Below, piece by piece: positions 8,917 through 19,897 of a stretch of 64,000 bases of DNA. Under the pieces are notes generated by a model that was not told the DNA's origin, did not search any database, and was given only the letters and a program-made list of their open reading frames with translations. The DNA is taken from the NCBI GenBank assembly GCA_024683485.1, contig JAIKYD010000118.1, forward strand, positions 4,188-68,187, in the 5' to 3' direction. Positions within the stretch are counted from its first letter, which is position 1. Every line of letters starts with the position of its first letter. Made by a program: the position numbers and the translations under genes. This DNA comes from Saccharofermentans sp. (lineage in GTDB: Bacteria > Bacillota > Clostridia > Saccharofermentanales > Saccharofermentanaceae).

Positions 8917-9876
8917 ATGAAAGTACTTGTAATTAATAATCTGTTGAAAGAAAAGCATAAAGAACAAATAAGAAGAACAACTTATATGATTGGCGGTGAT
9001 GTTGTCTTTGTTGACTCCGGAAAAGATATTCCGGGTGATTTTGAAGACTGCGATATCATCTACGGTTTTGGAATAGAAAATGCAAAGAAAAACAAAAATC
9101 TTAAATGGCTTGCAGTTCCCTCTGCAGGTGTGGATTTCCTCATGAAACCCGGAATCTTTGCTAATGAGGAATGTATGATCACCAATTCATCAGGGGCATA
9201 TGGAGTTTCTATTGCTGAACACATTATCGCTGTGTCGCTGATGATGATGCGTAAACTTGACTTAGTATACCGTGAGTCACTTGCAGGTAAATGGAGCAGT
9301 CCAAGACCTCAGAGATCACTGAAAGATTCAAGGATTTTGGTTCTCGGTACAGGTGATATAGGCTGCAGCTTTGCAAAGAGGGCAAGATCGTTTGAACCGG
9401 AGAGCATTACCGGTGTTTGCAGAAGTGGTAGATGTGATGAAGAGGCTTTTGACAGCATAAGGAAAACCGAAGCTCTTGATGAGCTTCTTCCGGAAACAGA
9501 CCTGCTTGTAATGAGCCTTCCTGATACTCCTGAGACCAGGAATGTATTGTCTCGCGAGAGGATAGCTTTGCTTCCTGAAGGTGCATATGTAGTGAACGTG
9601 GGGCGGGGTTCAGCTATCGATGAGAATGCGCTTGCCGACAGTCTTGACGAGGGGAGACTTGCCGGGGCTGCCCTTGATGTTTTCAGAAATGAGCCGCTTC
9701 CTGAAGACAGCAGGCTCTGGAAGACAAGGAACCTTCTTATTACTCCACATGTGGCCGGGAATCTGACATTGGATCATACTCTTAACATGAATGTTGATAT
9801 GTTTTGCGGGAACCTGAAAAATTACGGTAACGGATTACCCTTGAAGAATCTGATTGACAGAAACAAAGGATATTGA
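8917..9876 (+). CDS. D-2-hydroxyacid dehydrogenase
   Basis: GTGDIG, VNVGRG, ALDVF..EPLP and TPHVAG motifs. Confidence 0.9.
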   Translation: MKVLVINNLLKEKHKEQIRRTTYMIGGDVVFVDSGKDIPGDFEDCDIIYGFGIENAKKNKNLKWLAVPSAGVDFLMKPGIFANEECMITNSSGAYGVSIAEHIIAVSLMMMRKLDLVYRESLAGKWSSPRPQRSLKDSRILVLGTGDIGCSFAKRARSFEPESITGVCRSGRCDEEAFDSIRKTEALDELLPETDLLVMSLPDTPETRNVLSRERIALLPEGAYVVNVGRGSAIDENALADSLDEGRLAGAALDVFRNEPLPEDSRLWKTRNLLITPHVAGNLTLDHTLNMNVDMFCGNLKNYGNGLPLKNLIDRNKGY

Positions 9877-10069
9877 TCCAAGGTAACACACCGTATTTTT
9901 GTCGGCTTTTGCAGGTTTTTTACGGATTAACAATTATAGAAGATAAATATATTAAATTCTCCCAATCTGCGAAAAGCAGGATTTCCAAGGCTTTGGGACT
10001 GTTTCAGGGAACGTTAGTACCTTTAATGGGTCTTGTCAGAATTTGCAGGAATTTGTGAGGTCATTTTTG

Positions 10070-10098
10070 TTGACAAAAGTGTATGATAACCATAGAAT
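10070..10098 (+). promoter_or_regulatory. Sigma-A promoter of recA
   Basis: TTGACA-17 nt-TAGAAT. Confidence 0.75.
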
Positions 10099-10112
10099 TA
10101 ACTCATAAATGA

Positions 10113-10124
10113 GAACAAATGTTC
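10113..10124. promoter_or_regulatory. LexA (Cheo/SOS) box
   Basis: GAAC-AAAT-GTTC between the recA promoter and RBS matches the Firmicute GAAC-N4-GTTC consensus. Confidence 0.85.
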
Positions 10125-10145
10125 AATTCTATCCGGGAGGACAAT

Positions 10146-11276
10146 ATGGCTAAGAGTAAGAACGCCGGTAAGGGCTCTGTTGCCCAGGTACAAGACAAAG
10201 ATGAGAGAAGGAAAGCTCTTGATGCTGCAATGGCGCAGATAGAGAAGCAGTTTGGCCAGGGCGCTGTCATGCGTCTTGGAGACAAGGCTCAGGTTGAGAT
10301 CGATACAATATCCACAGGTGCTTTAACACTTGATATTGCACTCGGTATCGGCGGACTTCCGAGAGGAAGGATCATTGAAATATATGGACCTGAATCTTCA
10401 GGTAAGACCACAGTGGCTCTTCACTGTGTAGCTGAAGCCCAGAAACTTGGCGGAACATGTGCATTTATTGATGCTGAACATGCTCTTGATCCTGTTTATG
10501 CAGGCAATATAGGTGTTGATGTTGATAACCTCCTGTTATCGCAGCCTGACACAGGCGAACAGGCTCTTGAGATCTGCGAGACGCTTGTCAGAAGCGGATG
10601 CATCGATGTTGTAGTTATCGACTCGGTTGCTGCACTTGTTCCGAGGGCTGAGATCGAAGGTGAGATGGGAGATTCACATGTTGGTCTCCAGGCCAGACTT
10701 ATGAGCCAGGCGCTGAGGAAACTCGCTCCTGTTGTATCCAAGTCAAATACAATCTGTATCTTTATCAACCAGTTGCGTGAGAAGGTCGGTGTTATGTTTG
10801 GTAATCCCGAGACTACACCGGGTGGACGTGCCCTTAAGTTCTATGCATCTGTGCGTCTTGATGTAAGGAAGGTTGAGACTCTGCGCAACGGTACAGATGT
10901 TGTAGGAAGCCATACAAGAGTTAAGGTTGTAAAGAACAAGGTTGCTCCTCCGTTCAAGGAAGCCGAGTTTGACATTATGTATGGCAAGGGTGTTTCTTCT
11001 GAAGGCTGCATTCTTGATCTGGGTGTTGAGAATAACATCATCGACAAGAGCGGATCATGGTTTGCATATAATGGTGCCAAGATCGCACAGGGCAGAGATG
11101 CTGCTAAGCAGTACCTTCTTGACCACCCTGATATCAAGGACGAGATTGAAGATAAGATCAGAGATTCTTATATGCCCGCAGATGATGATTCTGATATTTC
11201 AGCATCAGAAGTATCCGATGCTGAAGTTCCTGATGAAGAATCTGATGATGACGATATCTTAGGAATCGATGTCTGA
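10146..11276 (+). CDS. recA: Recombinase RecA
   Basis: [15 protein letters not shown] and [11 protein letters not shown]; ATG at 10146 follows GGGAGG. Confidence 0.99.
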   Translation: MAKSKNAGKGSVAQVQDKDERRKALDAAMAQIEKQFGQGAVMRLGDKAQVEIDTISTGALTLDIALGIGGLPRGRIIEIYGPESSGKTTVALHCVAEAQKLGGTCAFIDAEHALDPVYAGNIGVDVDNLLLSQPDTGEQALEICETLVRSGCIDVVVIDSVAALVPRAEIEGEMGDSHVGLQARLMSQALRKLAPVVSKSNTICIFINQLREKVGVMFGNPETTPGGRALKFYASVRLDVRKVETLRNGTDVVGSHTRVKVVKNKVAPPFKEAEFDIMYGKGVSSEGCILDLGVENNIIDKSGSWFAYNGAKIAQGRDAAKQYLLDHPDIKDEIEDKIRDSYMPADDDSDISASEVSDAEVPDEESDDDDILGIDV

Positions 11277-11733
11277 TAATTCAAGAAGCAGTGAAGCCAT
11301 AACCTGTGCGATCAGGCATATCGGTACCGGTATATATTCTTCGGGTAAGATACGTGTTTATCTTATTCAGAAGGGATATGCTGAAGAAGACGTGGATGAG
11401 GCCGTCAGGCATTTGACCGATACCGGATACATTGACGATATGCGTGCATCGCGCAAGGTTCTTGCGGCACGTTCCGGCAGGAAACAGGAGAGCAGACAAT
11501 TTATTTACCGGCGTCTTCTCGAGGCTGGAATAGATTTCGGATGCGCTGATGCAGTTGTTTCCTCACTTGGAAATGATACCGATACCTGTTTGAGCTTGTA
11601 TGAAGCTTCCTTTGGCAGTTCTTCCGGAGGGGATATGTCAGACAGGGAAGAAGAATTCATAAAATTGGCCGGTCTCAGAGGTTATGATCTTGAGACTGCA
11701 AAATCTGCCTTCAGGCATTATCTTGATCAATAA
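11269..11733 (+). CDS. recX: RecX regulatory protein
   Basis: Overlaps the recA stop; L.QKGY....GYIDD...L...GI...RGY pattern. Confidence 0.75.
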   Translation: MSDNSRSSEAITCAIRHIGTGIYSSGKIRVYLIQKGYAEEDVDEAVRHLTDTGYIDDMRASRKVLAARSGRKQESRQFIYRRLLEAGIDFGCADAVVSSLGNDTDTCLSLYEASFGSSSGGDMSDREEEFIKLAGLRGYDLETAKSAFRHYLDQ

Positions 11734-11793
11734 TATTATAGCGATTGTACACATGCCCGCTTTTCAGGTGTCCTTATGCTATAATCCATACTT

Positions 11794-13170
11794 ATGGAAA
11801 ATTATGCTATAGACAACAAAAATGTTAAGATCACGCTTCTTGCTTTAGGCTGCTCGAAGAATCTTATTGACTGTGAGAATATGTCCACAGTGCTTAAGGA
11901 TGCGGGATACAGTGTAATTAACGACGTACCCGCTTCGGACATTGTTGTTATCAACACTTGTGGATTTATAGAGTCTGCAAAGAAGGAAGCAATCGATGCT
12001 ATCCTGGAATGCGCTGAGTATAAGGTTCCTAACGGCAATGTCAAGAAGATAATAGTATCAGGATGCCTGTCTCAAAGATATCCTGAAGACATATTGAAAG
12101 AACTTCCGGAAGTAGATGCAGTTCTTGGAACTGCTCACTATGGTGATATCGTCGATGTGGTTGCAAAACTAGTGTCTGAGATCGATGAAGCTGAATCAGA
12201 CAAGATCAATCTTACTTCAGGCATTGGCGGATTCAGTCACCTTGTTAAGGACAGGGAACTCTCGACCTCAGGTTATGCATGGCTTAAGATCGGTGAAGGA
12301 TGCAGGCACAGATGCAGTTTCTGTGCAATCCCTCTGATCAGGGGAACCTTTGTGTCGCGTCCTATGGAAGACATAGTTGAAGAGGCCGGGATAATCGCTC
12401 ATAAAGGCGTTAAGGAACTCGTTCTTGCTGCCCAGGATACTACGAATTACGGCATTGACCTTTATGGCAGAAGAAGTCTTTCAGAACTCTTGAGAAAACT
12501 GTCTGCAATTGACGGTATTGAGATGATCCGTGTTATGTACGGTTATATGGACGGCATAACTCCTGATCTTATAGAAGAGATGGCGAATAATCCAAAGGTT
12601 GCCCATTATCTTGATATTCCGGTACAGCACGGTTCGGATAAGATCCTTAAGGCGATGTACAGGAGAGATAATGCGGAACTGATAACATCCAGACTTGAGA
12701 TGATCAGGAAGGCAATGCCTGACTGTATCATCAGGACGACTGTGATGGTCGGTTTTCCCGGTGAGACTGAGGAAGATTTCCAGATAATGAAAGAAAACCT
12801 CAGAAAATGGAAGTTTGACAGGCTCGGATGTTTTATCTTCTCTCCTGAGGAAGGAACGCCTGCATATGATCTTCCAGGTCAGATCGATGATGAGACAAAG
12901 CAAAGACGTTACGATGAGATATATGAACTCCAGAAGGAGATATCCGCTGAACAGTCGAAGAAGCGCATTGGTACGGTAACAAGGGTAAATATCTGTTCTG
13001 TTTCAGATGACGGGATCTTTTATGTCGGAAGAAGTTATGGCGAATCTCCGGAGGTCGATCCTGTCATCTATGTTGCTTCAAGTGAAGAAGAACTTAATAT
13101 AGGTGAATTCGTTGATGTTAAGATCGTCGATTGTTCTGATGAATACGACCTGACTGCAGTTACGATTTGA
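11794..13170 (+). CDS. rimO: Ribosomal protein S12 methylthiotransferase
   Basis: LGCSKN, NTCGFI, radical-SAM CxxxCxxC, C-terminal TRAM domain with GRSYGESPEVD. Confidence 0.95.
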   Translation: MENYAIDNKNVKITLLALGCSKNLIDCENMSTVLKDAGYSVINDVPASDIVVINTCGFIESAKKEAIDAILECAEYKVPNGNVKKIIVSGCLSQRYPEDILKELPEVDAVLGTAHYGDIVDVVAKLVSEIDEAESDKINLTSGIGGFSHLVKDRELSTSGYAWLKIGEGCRHRCSFCAIPLIRGTFVSRPMEDIVEEAGIIAHKGVKELVLAAQDTTNYGIDLYGRRSLSELLRKLSAIDGIEMIRVMYGYMDGITPDLIEEMANNPKVAHYLDIPVQHGSDKILKAMYRRDNAELITSRLEMIRKAMPDCIIRTTVMVGFPGETEEDFQIMKENLRKWKFDRLGCFIFSPEEGTPAYDLPGQIDDETKQRRYDEIYELQKEISAEQSKKRIGTVTRVNICSVSDDGIFYVGRSYGESPEVDPVIYVASSEEELNIGEFVDVKIVDCSDEYDLTAVTI

Positions 13171-13249
13171 CGGATAGATATTTTCGTATATTATTTATGT
13201 GTCCTTTTTAAGGATAAATATTCTGAGAATTAAAAGGAGCTGTCAGGTC

Positions 13250-13867
13250 ATGAATCTTCCAAACAAGCTTTCTATCTTGAGGATAGTTCTTGTGCCGGTC
13301 ACTCTCCTTTTTATGTTGCCGGTCAATATTTTCGGGTGGCAGCCTGAGGGTTGGAACAGTTTCATCAATTCCAACGGAATGCTGGTTGCTGCCGGTGTTT
13401 TTATTCTGGCTTCGCTTACGGATGCGGCAGATGGCAAGATCGCACGTAAGTATAACCTGATAACCGATCTCGGAAAGTTCCTTGATTCATTGGCTGACAA
13501 GATCCTTGTTATAAGCATAATGCTCGCATTCATTGCATTGGGAAGACTTTCGGCCTGGGCTGTAATGATCATTATCCTCAGAGAATTCGCAGTATCGGGT
13601 CTCCGTATGATCGCGGCTGCCAAGGGCGAGGTTATAGCGGCAAAGATGATCGGCAAGATAAAGACCGTGACACAGATGATCGCACTTATCTACCTGATGT
13701 TCGAACCTTTGCTCATGAAGCTGTTTGGCTTGGGTTTTGATGGTTATCCGGTAAGACTTTGCGCAGTTACCGTAATAGGAGACATACTGTTTGGAATCTG
13801 TGTTGTTATGACTATCGTTTCTGGTGTTGATTACCTGATTAAAGGAAAGCATTATTTGAAAGGATAA
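13250..13867 (+). CDS. pgsA: CDP-diacylglycerol--glycerol-3-phosphate 3-phosphatidyltransferase
   Basis: MNLPNKL, TDAADGKIAR...GKFLDSLADK; AAGGAG RBS. Confidence 0.95.
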   Translation: MNLPNKLSILRIVLVPVTLLFMLPVNIFGWQPEGWNSFINSNGMLVAAGVFILASLTDAADGKIARKYNLITDLGKFLDSLADKILVISIMLAFIALGRLSAWAVMIIILREFAVSGLRMIAAAKGEVIAAKMIGKIKTVTQMIALIYLMFEPLLMKLFGLGFDGYPVRLCAVTVIGDILFGICVVMTIVSGVDYLIKGKHYLKG

Positions 13868-13970
13868 TTGTCAAAGAACTTCGATAGTCAAAATAGCCTA
13901 TTGACAAAAGCCTGAACTTACATTAAAAACAGTTTGTGGATTTATCCAGAATCGTACGGAGGTACTAATT

Positions 13971-14216
13971 ATGACAAATGATGAACTTTTTGGCTCGATC
14001 AAGCAGATGATCGTTGATCAGCTCGGTGTAGATGAGGATACGATCACTGAGGATTCCTCTTTCGTTGATGACCTCAACGCTGACTCTCTTGATATGGTAG
14101 AGCTCGTTATGGCTATGGAGCAGGAATTCGATATCGAGATCCCTGATGATGTAGCTGAGAAGGTTGTTACTGTCAAGGATGCAGTCGAGTATATCCAGAG
14201 TCTTACAGAGGGCTGA
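13971..14216 (+). CDS. acpP: Acyl carrier protein
   Basis: [14 protein letters not shown]; acidic 81-aa protein. Confidence 0.97.
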   Translation: MTNDELFGSIKQMIVDQLGVDEDTITEDSSFVDDLNADSLDMVELVMAMEQEFDIEIPDDVAEKVVTVKDAVEYIQSLTEG

Positions 14217-14342
14217 TATACCGTAGATCGATACTTCACCTGCCGGTAACTGACGGATATTGCGGGTGAAGGTTCTTTCTTTTAATAACTTTGAAGTTTA
14301 GACGGCCGGATGCGTATTTAAGCATTCAGCCGTCTCTTGTAA

Positions 14343-15062
14343 ATGATGATTATGACTGACTATTCAAGTTTTGAAAAGGATCTTGGTTATACCTTTAAAG
14401 ACAAGTCACTTCTTGAGACGGCATTTACCCATACGACTTATGTTTTCGAGTCGGGAAGGGGACATTGGGAATCCAATCAGAGACTGGAATTCATAGGTGA
14501 TGCTGTTCTTGATGTTGTTGTGGGGCAGATGATATATGAGTTAAAGCCCCAGGCCGATGAAGGTTATCTCTCCAAGATGAGAAGTGTTTCCGTTTGTGAG
14601 AAGTCATTTGCTGAAGTTGCAAGGAGGCTCCATCTTGGAGATTATCTGCTGCTAGGCAAGGGCGAAGCGCAGAACGGGGGAAATGACAAGGATTCAACGC
14701 TGGCTGACTGTTTTGAGTCGGTTATTGCGGCAGTATATTTTGACGGCGGATTCGAAGAAGCTAAGAAATGTATCTTGAAAAATCTTACCGATACGGTTCA
14801 GAAGGCTGTTAACGGCGAGATCTTCCTGGATTACAAGAGCAGGCTGCTCGAGTTGGCACAGACCAGAGGTTTCCGGCACGTGATCAGATTTGAAGTGACC
14901 GGGGAACGCGGACCTGCACATATGAAGGAATTCGACGTCAGTGTATATTCAGATGATGTTCTTCTGGCAAGTGCAACCGGACACAGCAAGAAGGATGCCG
15001 AGCAGAAGTGTGCCGAGAAGGGTCTGAAGGAGTACATGCGGCTTTATCCTGAAGGATGCTGA
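14343..15062 (+). CDS. rnc: Ribonuclease III
   Basis: NQRLEFIGDAVL signature and C-terminal dsRBD. Confidence 0.96.
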   Translation: MMIMTDYSSFEKDLGYTFKDKSLLETAFTHTTYVFESGRGHWESNQRLEFIGDAVLDVVVGQMIYELKPQADEGYLSKMRSVSVCEKSFAEVARRLHLGDYLLLGKGEAQNGGNDKDSTLADCFESVIAAVYFDGGFEEAKKCILKNLTDTVQKAVNGEIFLDYKSRLLELAQTRGFRHVIRFEVTGERGPAHMKEFDVSVYSDDVLLASATGHSKKDAEQKCAEKGLKEYMRLYPEGC

Positions 15063-15180
15063 GCAACGCCTGTCATACAGTGGATCAGACCAGGTGAGAG
15101 CATATTGACCTGTAAAATGTTCCTGTATGAGTTATAATGCTTGGGTAAAATTTTCGAGAATAAGAGTGAACGGACTATAG

Positions 15181-18100
15181 ATGTATCTTAAGAAACTTGA
15201 GCTTCAGGGGTTCAAATCTTTCCCCGATTATACCTGCATCGACTTTGACCGCGGTCTTACGGCCGTGGTAGGTCCGAACGGAAGCGGAAAGTCCAATATC
15301 AGCGATGCGGTCCGTTGGGTTCTGGGCGAGCAGAGTGTCAAGCAGCTAAGAGGCGGCAAGATGGAAGATGTCATCTTTAACGGTACATCTGCAAGACGTT
15401 CCATGAACTATGCTGAGGTATCCATTACTTTCGATAATTCGGACGGATATATTGACTATGGTTTTCCCGAGATTTGTATTACGCGAAGGCTTTACAGGTC
15501 AGGTGAGTCAGAGTATCAGATCAATAAAGTCAATTGCCGTCTGAAAGATATAACGGTCCTTTTCCTTGATACAGGTCTGGGCCGTGACGGTTATTCGCTT
15601 GTCGGACAGGGAAGGGTGGATGATATCCTCTCGACCAAGTCCGAGGACAGACGCCGTGTCATCGAAGAAGCCGCAGGTATCGTAAAGTACCGTGTCCGCA
15701 AAGATGAGGCTCAGAGGAAATTAACCAGTACTGAACAGAACCTCGTAAGAATTAATGACATTCTCGGTGAACTGGAGAAACGAAAAGGTCCTCTTGAGGA
15801 ACAGGCGGGAAAGGCCCGTAAGTTTAATGAGAATTATGAGGAATTGAAGAAACTCGAGACGTCGCTTCTCGTTCACAAGATTACTGAAGCCAACAGGGAA
15901 ATGGGCGATTCAGCCGGTCTTAAGGAGCAGCTTGAGAATGAGATCCGTGAGCGTGAGGATGAATATCTCAAGCTCAGGAAGAGCCATCAGGAAATAATCG
16001 GAAAGAGCGAAGCCCTTGACAACGAGATCGAGGACAGACGTCAGGATCTTTCCGATCTTACCGAGTATGAACATGAGACCCAGATAGACAAGAAGGTATC
16101 TATCGAGAGGCTCAATCAGACGAACCGGAGAATTGAAGAACTCAAGACAGATATGGAATCTGCCGATGAGACAGTCGGGAAGCTCACAAAAGAACTTAAT
16201 GAGAAAAAAAGCAAGGCTGACAGTCTCCTTAAGGAAGCTGATGATGCCAAGACTCTGAGCGAGAAGCTTGATGAGGAGCGTCAGGCGATGTTCCTGGAAT
16301 ATGAGGCAAGCCGTAAAGAAGCGGGTAAGGCTGATTCCAAGGTGAAGAGCAAGACCGAGGAACTTTTCGAGACCAGGAAGAATATAACTGAATGCCGCGC
16401 AGGAATCTCTGCTTTGGACGATAAGATCAGGGATATGCAGGAAGCCAGGACGGCTTCTGAGACCGGTAAGGCCGAACTGGGTCAAAAGCTTATAGAAGAA
16501 GAGGAGGCTTTGACCGGTATTAGGAAGATCAAGGGCGAAGTTTCCAAAGATATTGAGAAACGCAATAAAAAACTTGAAGAACTCAGAGGCCGTCAGGTCG
16601 AACTGAATCAGTTCTTCGAAGTCAATAACAGAAAACTTTCCGCTGAAGAAGCAAAACTCAGGACGTTAAAAGATATCGACAGGAACAGGGAAGGCTACCA
16701 GGAATCCGTAAAACGCCTTATGGATTATTCTGATAATGACAGATCTGTCAAGAAACTGATGGTGGGTATCCTGGGTGACCTGATCGAGACTGATCCAAAG
16801 TATGAGACTGCGATCGAGACGGCTTTGGGAAATGCCCTGAACAACATAGTAACCCGGAGCGAAGCAGATGCTGCAGAGCTTATTGGCATACTTAAAGAGA
16901 AAAGACTCGGAAGGATCACGTTCCTTCCTATCGAGAATATCCGGGCAAGATATATTGATGAGGACGATCTTCGAAAAGCGAAAGGTGTTAACGGCTATAT
17001 AGGTGTGGCTTCTGACCTCGTCAGGAACAGCCGTGACCTTGATGACATCGTGGCAAACCTTCTGGGAAGGATCCTTGTTGCCAACGACCTGGATGCTGCA
17101 AGGATAATCGCTTCCAAGACCGGACGTTCGTATAAGGTTATGACACTTGAGGGTGATTCGGTTAACCCCGGTGGTTCTCTTACCGGCGGTTCTTTGAAAA
17201 AGACCGGTGCAGGAACAGGTATCATCGGTAGAAAAGCTGAGATCGAATCACTGACAAAGTCTGTTGCTGAATTGGAGGCAAAGCTTGCTGATTCAGAAGA
17301 CCAGCGTCAGGAAGTAGATGACGGTATAGGCACGCTCAAGCGCGAACTTGCACAGCTCGGTGAACAGCTCAAGTACTATCAGCTTGAGGAAGTTAAAGCT
17401 GAAGGTGAATACGACAACACCAAGACAAGACTCGAAGAGACAGAGAAGATCCTCGGTGACTTCGACGAGAATATGCAGACCGTAAGCAAATCCAAGATCA
17501 GACTCGAAGAGGACCTTGAAGAGCTTACCAGGATCGAGAATGAGATCAACGGGGAACTGTCTGATTACCGCGAAGAGATCGAGGAACAGCAGAAACTTTC
17601 TGAGGAACAGGCTGTAAAACTTGAACAGATCGTTGCCAAAGTAAGGGAGGCGGCATCTCTTGCGGAACGCAAGCTTACTGAGAGAAGCGGTATTCTTGAT
17701 CTGGCGGGTCACATCAAAAAGCAGATCGAAGAGGCCAGACAGGGAAGGGATAAGTTTGATTCCCAGATAAAGGAAGCAAAGGATACCGTTAACAGCATTA
17801 CCATAGAAATCAACAGCCTTGATGCCAAGTTAGATGAGAATGCAAAGCAGCAGAAAGTGCTGGAAGATAAGATCGCAGAACTCTTTGAAAAGAGAAGTGC
17901 TGTTGCAGGCGACCTGTCCTCATTTGGTGACAGACTTGCAGCAAGCGGCAACGAGATAAGTGAATTACAGGCCAAACTCAATGCCCATGTGTCAAAGTAT
18001 GACAAGATAATCTTTGAAATCGACCAGAATAAGAACAGGCTTTGGGAAGATTACGAGACCACATATGACAACATCAAGGATTCTGTAGAGCCTGTTACCA

Positions 18101-18750
18101 AGATCGGAGAACAGACCAAGAGGATCACTACCCTCAAGAATGCGATCAAGGCATTGGGCCCGGTCAATCTCGGGGCTTTACAGGAATTCAGCGAACTGTC
18201 TTCAAGGCTCGAATTCATGACAAAGCAGAGGGATGATATAGAGGCAGCCAAGAAGGATCTGGAGCAGGTGATCGATGAACTTCTTACGAAGATGAGATCC
18301 GAGTTTACGGAGCATTTTGACACGATAAACAATAACTTCGGCCAGGTCTTTGCCGATCTGTTCGGAGGCGGTACTGCAGAGATCGTTCTGGGCAATGATT
18401 CAGAGGATGTTCTTGAATGTACCATAGATATCAAGGCTCAGCCGCCGGGAAAGAAACTTTCCAATCTTTCGCTTCTGTCGGGTGGTGAGAGATGTCTTAC
18501 TGCTATTGGTCTGCTTTTCGCTATTCAGGAACTGAAGCCTTCGCCGTTCGTAATCCTTGATGAGGTCGAGGCGGCATTGGATGACGTTAATATCACGAGA
18601 TTCACAGACTTCGTAAGAAGGCATTCTGCTAAATCTCAGTTCATTCTTGTTACGCACCGTAAGGGTACAATGGAAGCGTGCGACCAGATGTACGGTGTCA
18701 CCATGGCCGAGCGCGGCGTATCAAAGATCTTATCGATGGAGCTTAAATAA
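15181..18750 (+). CDS. smc: Chromosome segregation protein SMC
   Basis: GPNGSGKSN, coiled coils, hinge GRITFLP, LSGGE and LDEVEAALD. Confidence 0.98.
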   Translation: MYLKKLELQGFKSFPDYTCIDFDRGLTAVVGPNGSGKSNISDAVRWVLGEQSVKQLRGGKMEDVIFNGTSARRSMNYAEVSITFDNSDGYIDYGFPEICITRRLYRSGESEYQINKVNCRLKDITVLFLDTGLGRDGYSLVGQGRVDDILSTKSEDRRRVIEEAAGIVKYRVRKDEAQRKLTSTEQNLVRINDILGELEKRKGPLEEQAGKARKFNENYEELKKLETSLLVHKITEANREMGDSAGLKEQLENEIREREDEYLKLRKSHQEIIGKSEALDNEIEDRRQDLSDLTEYEHETQIDKKVSIERLNQTNRRIEELKTDMESADETVGKLTKELNEKKSKADSLLKEADDAKTLSEKLDEERQAMFLEYEASRKEAGKADSKVKSKTEELFETRKNITECRAGISALDDKIRDMQEARTASETGKAELGQKLIEEEEALTGIRKIKGEVSKDIEKRNKKLEELRGRQVELNQFFEVNNRKLSAEEAKLRTLKDIDRNREGYQESVKRLMDYSDNDRSVKKLMVGILGDLIETDPKYETAIETALGNALNNIVTRSEADAAELIGILKEKRLGRITFLPIENIRARYIDEDDLRKAKGVNGYIGVASDLVRNSRDLDDIVANLLGRILVANDLDAARIIASKTGRSYKVMTLEGDSVNPGGSLTGGSLKKTGAGTGIIGRKAEIESLTKSVAELEAKLADSEDQRQEVDDGIGTLKRELAQLGEQLKYYQLEEVKAEGEYDNTKTRLEETEKILGDFDENMQTVSKSKIRLEEDLEELTRIENEINGELSDYREEIEEQQKLSEEQAVKLEQIVAKVREAASLAERKLTERSGILDLAGHIKKQIEEARQGRDKFDSQIKEAKDTVNSITIEINSLDAKLDENAKQQKVLEDKIAELFEKRSAVAGDLSSFGDRLAASGNEISELQAKLNAHVSKYDKIIFEIDQNKNRLWEDYETTYDNIKDSVEPVTKIGEQTKRITTLKNAIKALGPVNLGALQEFSELSSRLEFMTKQRDDIEAAKKDLEQVIDELLTKMRSEFTEHFDTINNNFGQVFADLFGGGTAEIVLGNDSEDVLECTIDIKAQPPGKKLSNLSLLSGGERCLTAIGLLFAIQELKPSPFVILDEVEAALDDVNITRFTDFVRRHSAKSQFILVTHRKGTMEACDQMYGVTMAERGVSKILSMELK

Positions 18751-19664
18751 TGGGATTAGCTGATCTGTTCAAAAGGGGACTTGAGAAAACAAGGAATTTC
18801 TTCGCCGGAAGCTTTACGAAGCTGGCTGCTTCAAGCGGACGCTTTGACGAGGATATGCTCGATGAACTTGAAGAACTCCTTATAAGAGCTGACTGCGGTG
18901 TTCAGGCAGCTGATGACATCATGGACAGGGTCAAGCAGAATATCAGAAAAACCGGTGACGACAGCCAGGAAGCAGTCCTTGCATCAGTCAAGGAGAGAAT
19001 GCTGGAGATCCTGGGCGAGCCAGAGACGATTGCGATAGAACCCGGAAAACTCAATATTATTCTCATGATAGGTGTTAACGGCACAGGTAAGACGACCACG
19101 TCAGGCAAGCTTGCCGCCAGATACAAGAAAGAAGGAAAGAAAGTCCTTATGGCTGCTTGTGATACTTTCCGTGCAGCAGCTGTCGGCCAGCTAAAGACCT
19201 GGGGTGAGAGGACGGGAACGGCCGTTATCGCACAGGAGCAGGAGGGAGCGGATCCCGCATCGGTTGTTTTCGATGCTATCCATGCAGCTCAGGCACGTAA
19301 TACGGACATTCTTCTCGTGGATACTGCCGGACGTCTTCACAACAAAAAGAATCTTATGGAGGAGCTTGCGAAAATAAGACGTGTCATCGAGCGTGAAGCT
19401 CCTGATGCCGTTATCAAGTCACTCCTGATCATCGATGCCACGACAGGGCAGAATGCTGTTATCCAGGCTGAGGGCTTCGGTGAAGTCACAGGTCTTGATT
19501 ATGTCGGTATCACCAAACTTGACGGAAGTGCCAAGGGTGGTGTTGCCATTGCCGTTGCCTATCAGTCAGGAAAGCCTATTGTTCTTGCCGGTCTTGGCGA
19601 GAGTGTGGAAGATCTTGCTGATTTTGATCCTGAATTGTTTGTTGATTCTCTGATCAAGGAGTAA
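18750..19664 (+). CDS. ftsY: SRP receptor FtsY
   Basis: GVNGTGKTT, DTFRAAA, DTAGR and TKLDGSAKGG. Confidence 0.98.
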   Translation: MGLADLFKRGLEKTRNFFAGSFTKLAASSGRFDEDMLDELEELLIRADCGVQAADDIMDRVKQNIRKTGDDSQEAVLASVKERMLEILGEPETIAIEPGKLNIILMIGVNGTGKTTTSGKLAARYKKEGKKVLMAACDTFRAAAVGQLKTWGERTGTAVIAQEQEGADPASVVFDAIHAAQARNTDILLVDTAGRLHNKKNLMEELAKIRRVIEREAPDAVIKSLLIIDATTGQNAVIQAEGFGEVTGLDYVGITKLDGSAKGGVAIAVAYQSGKPIVLAGLGESVEDLADFDPELFVDSLIKE

Positions 19665-19897
19665 GGAAATCCGGACCGGAAATATATTGTTTTGGTCTGA
19701 TAATTCTGTATTTGAAAACATAACTCCTTCATTCCTGAAAAAATCGCTGTTTTATATGGAAAAAACGGTATTATTTTGATTGCCAAAGAAATTGTTTATA
19801 TGTATAATCTGTTGAGTTTGCAATGGGGCATTGTTTTTTGCCATGCCCAAGTGCTTATATAAATCTATTTCTATTCTATAAGAGAGGGGCCCGGTAT

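Noticed and set aside
10146-13867. recA-recX-rimO-pgsA order as a novelty
   Set aside because: These genes are commonly clustered in Clostridia; ordinary.
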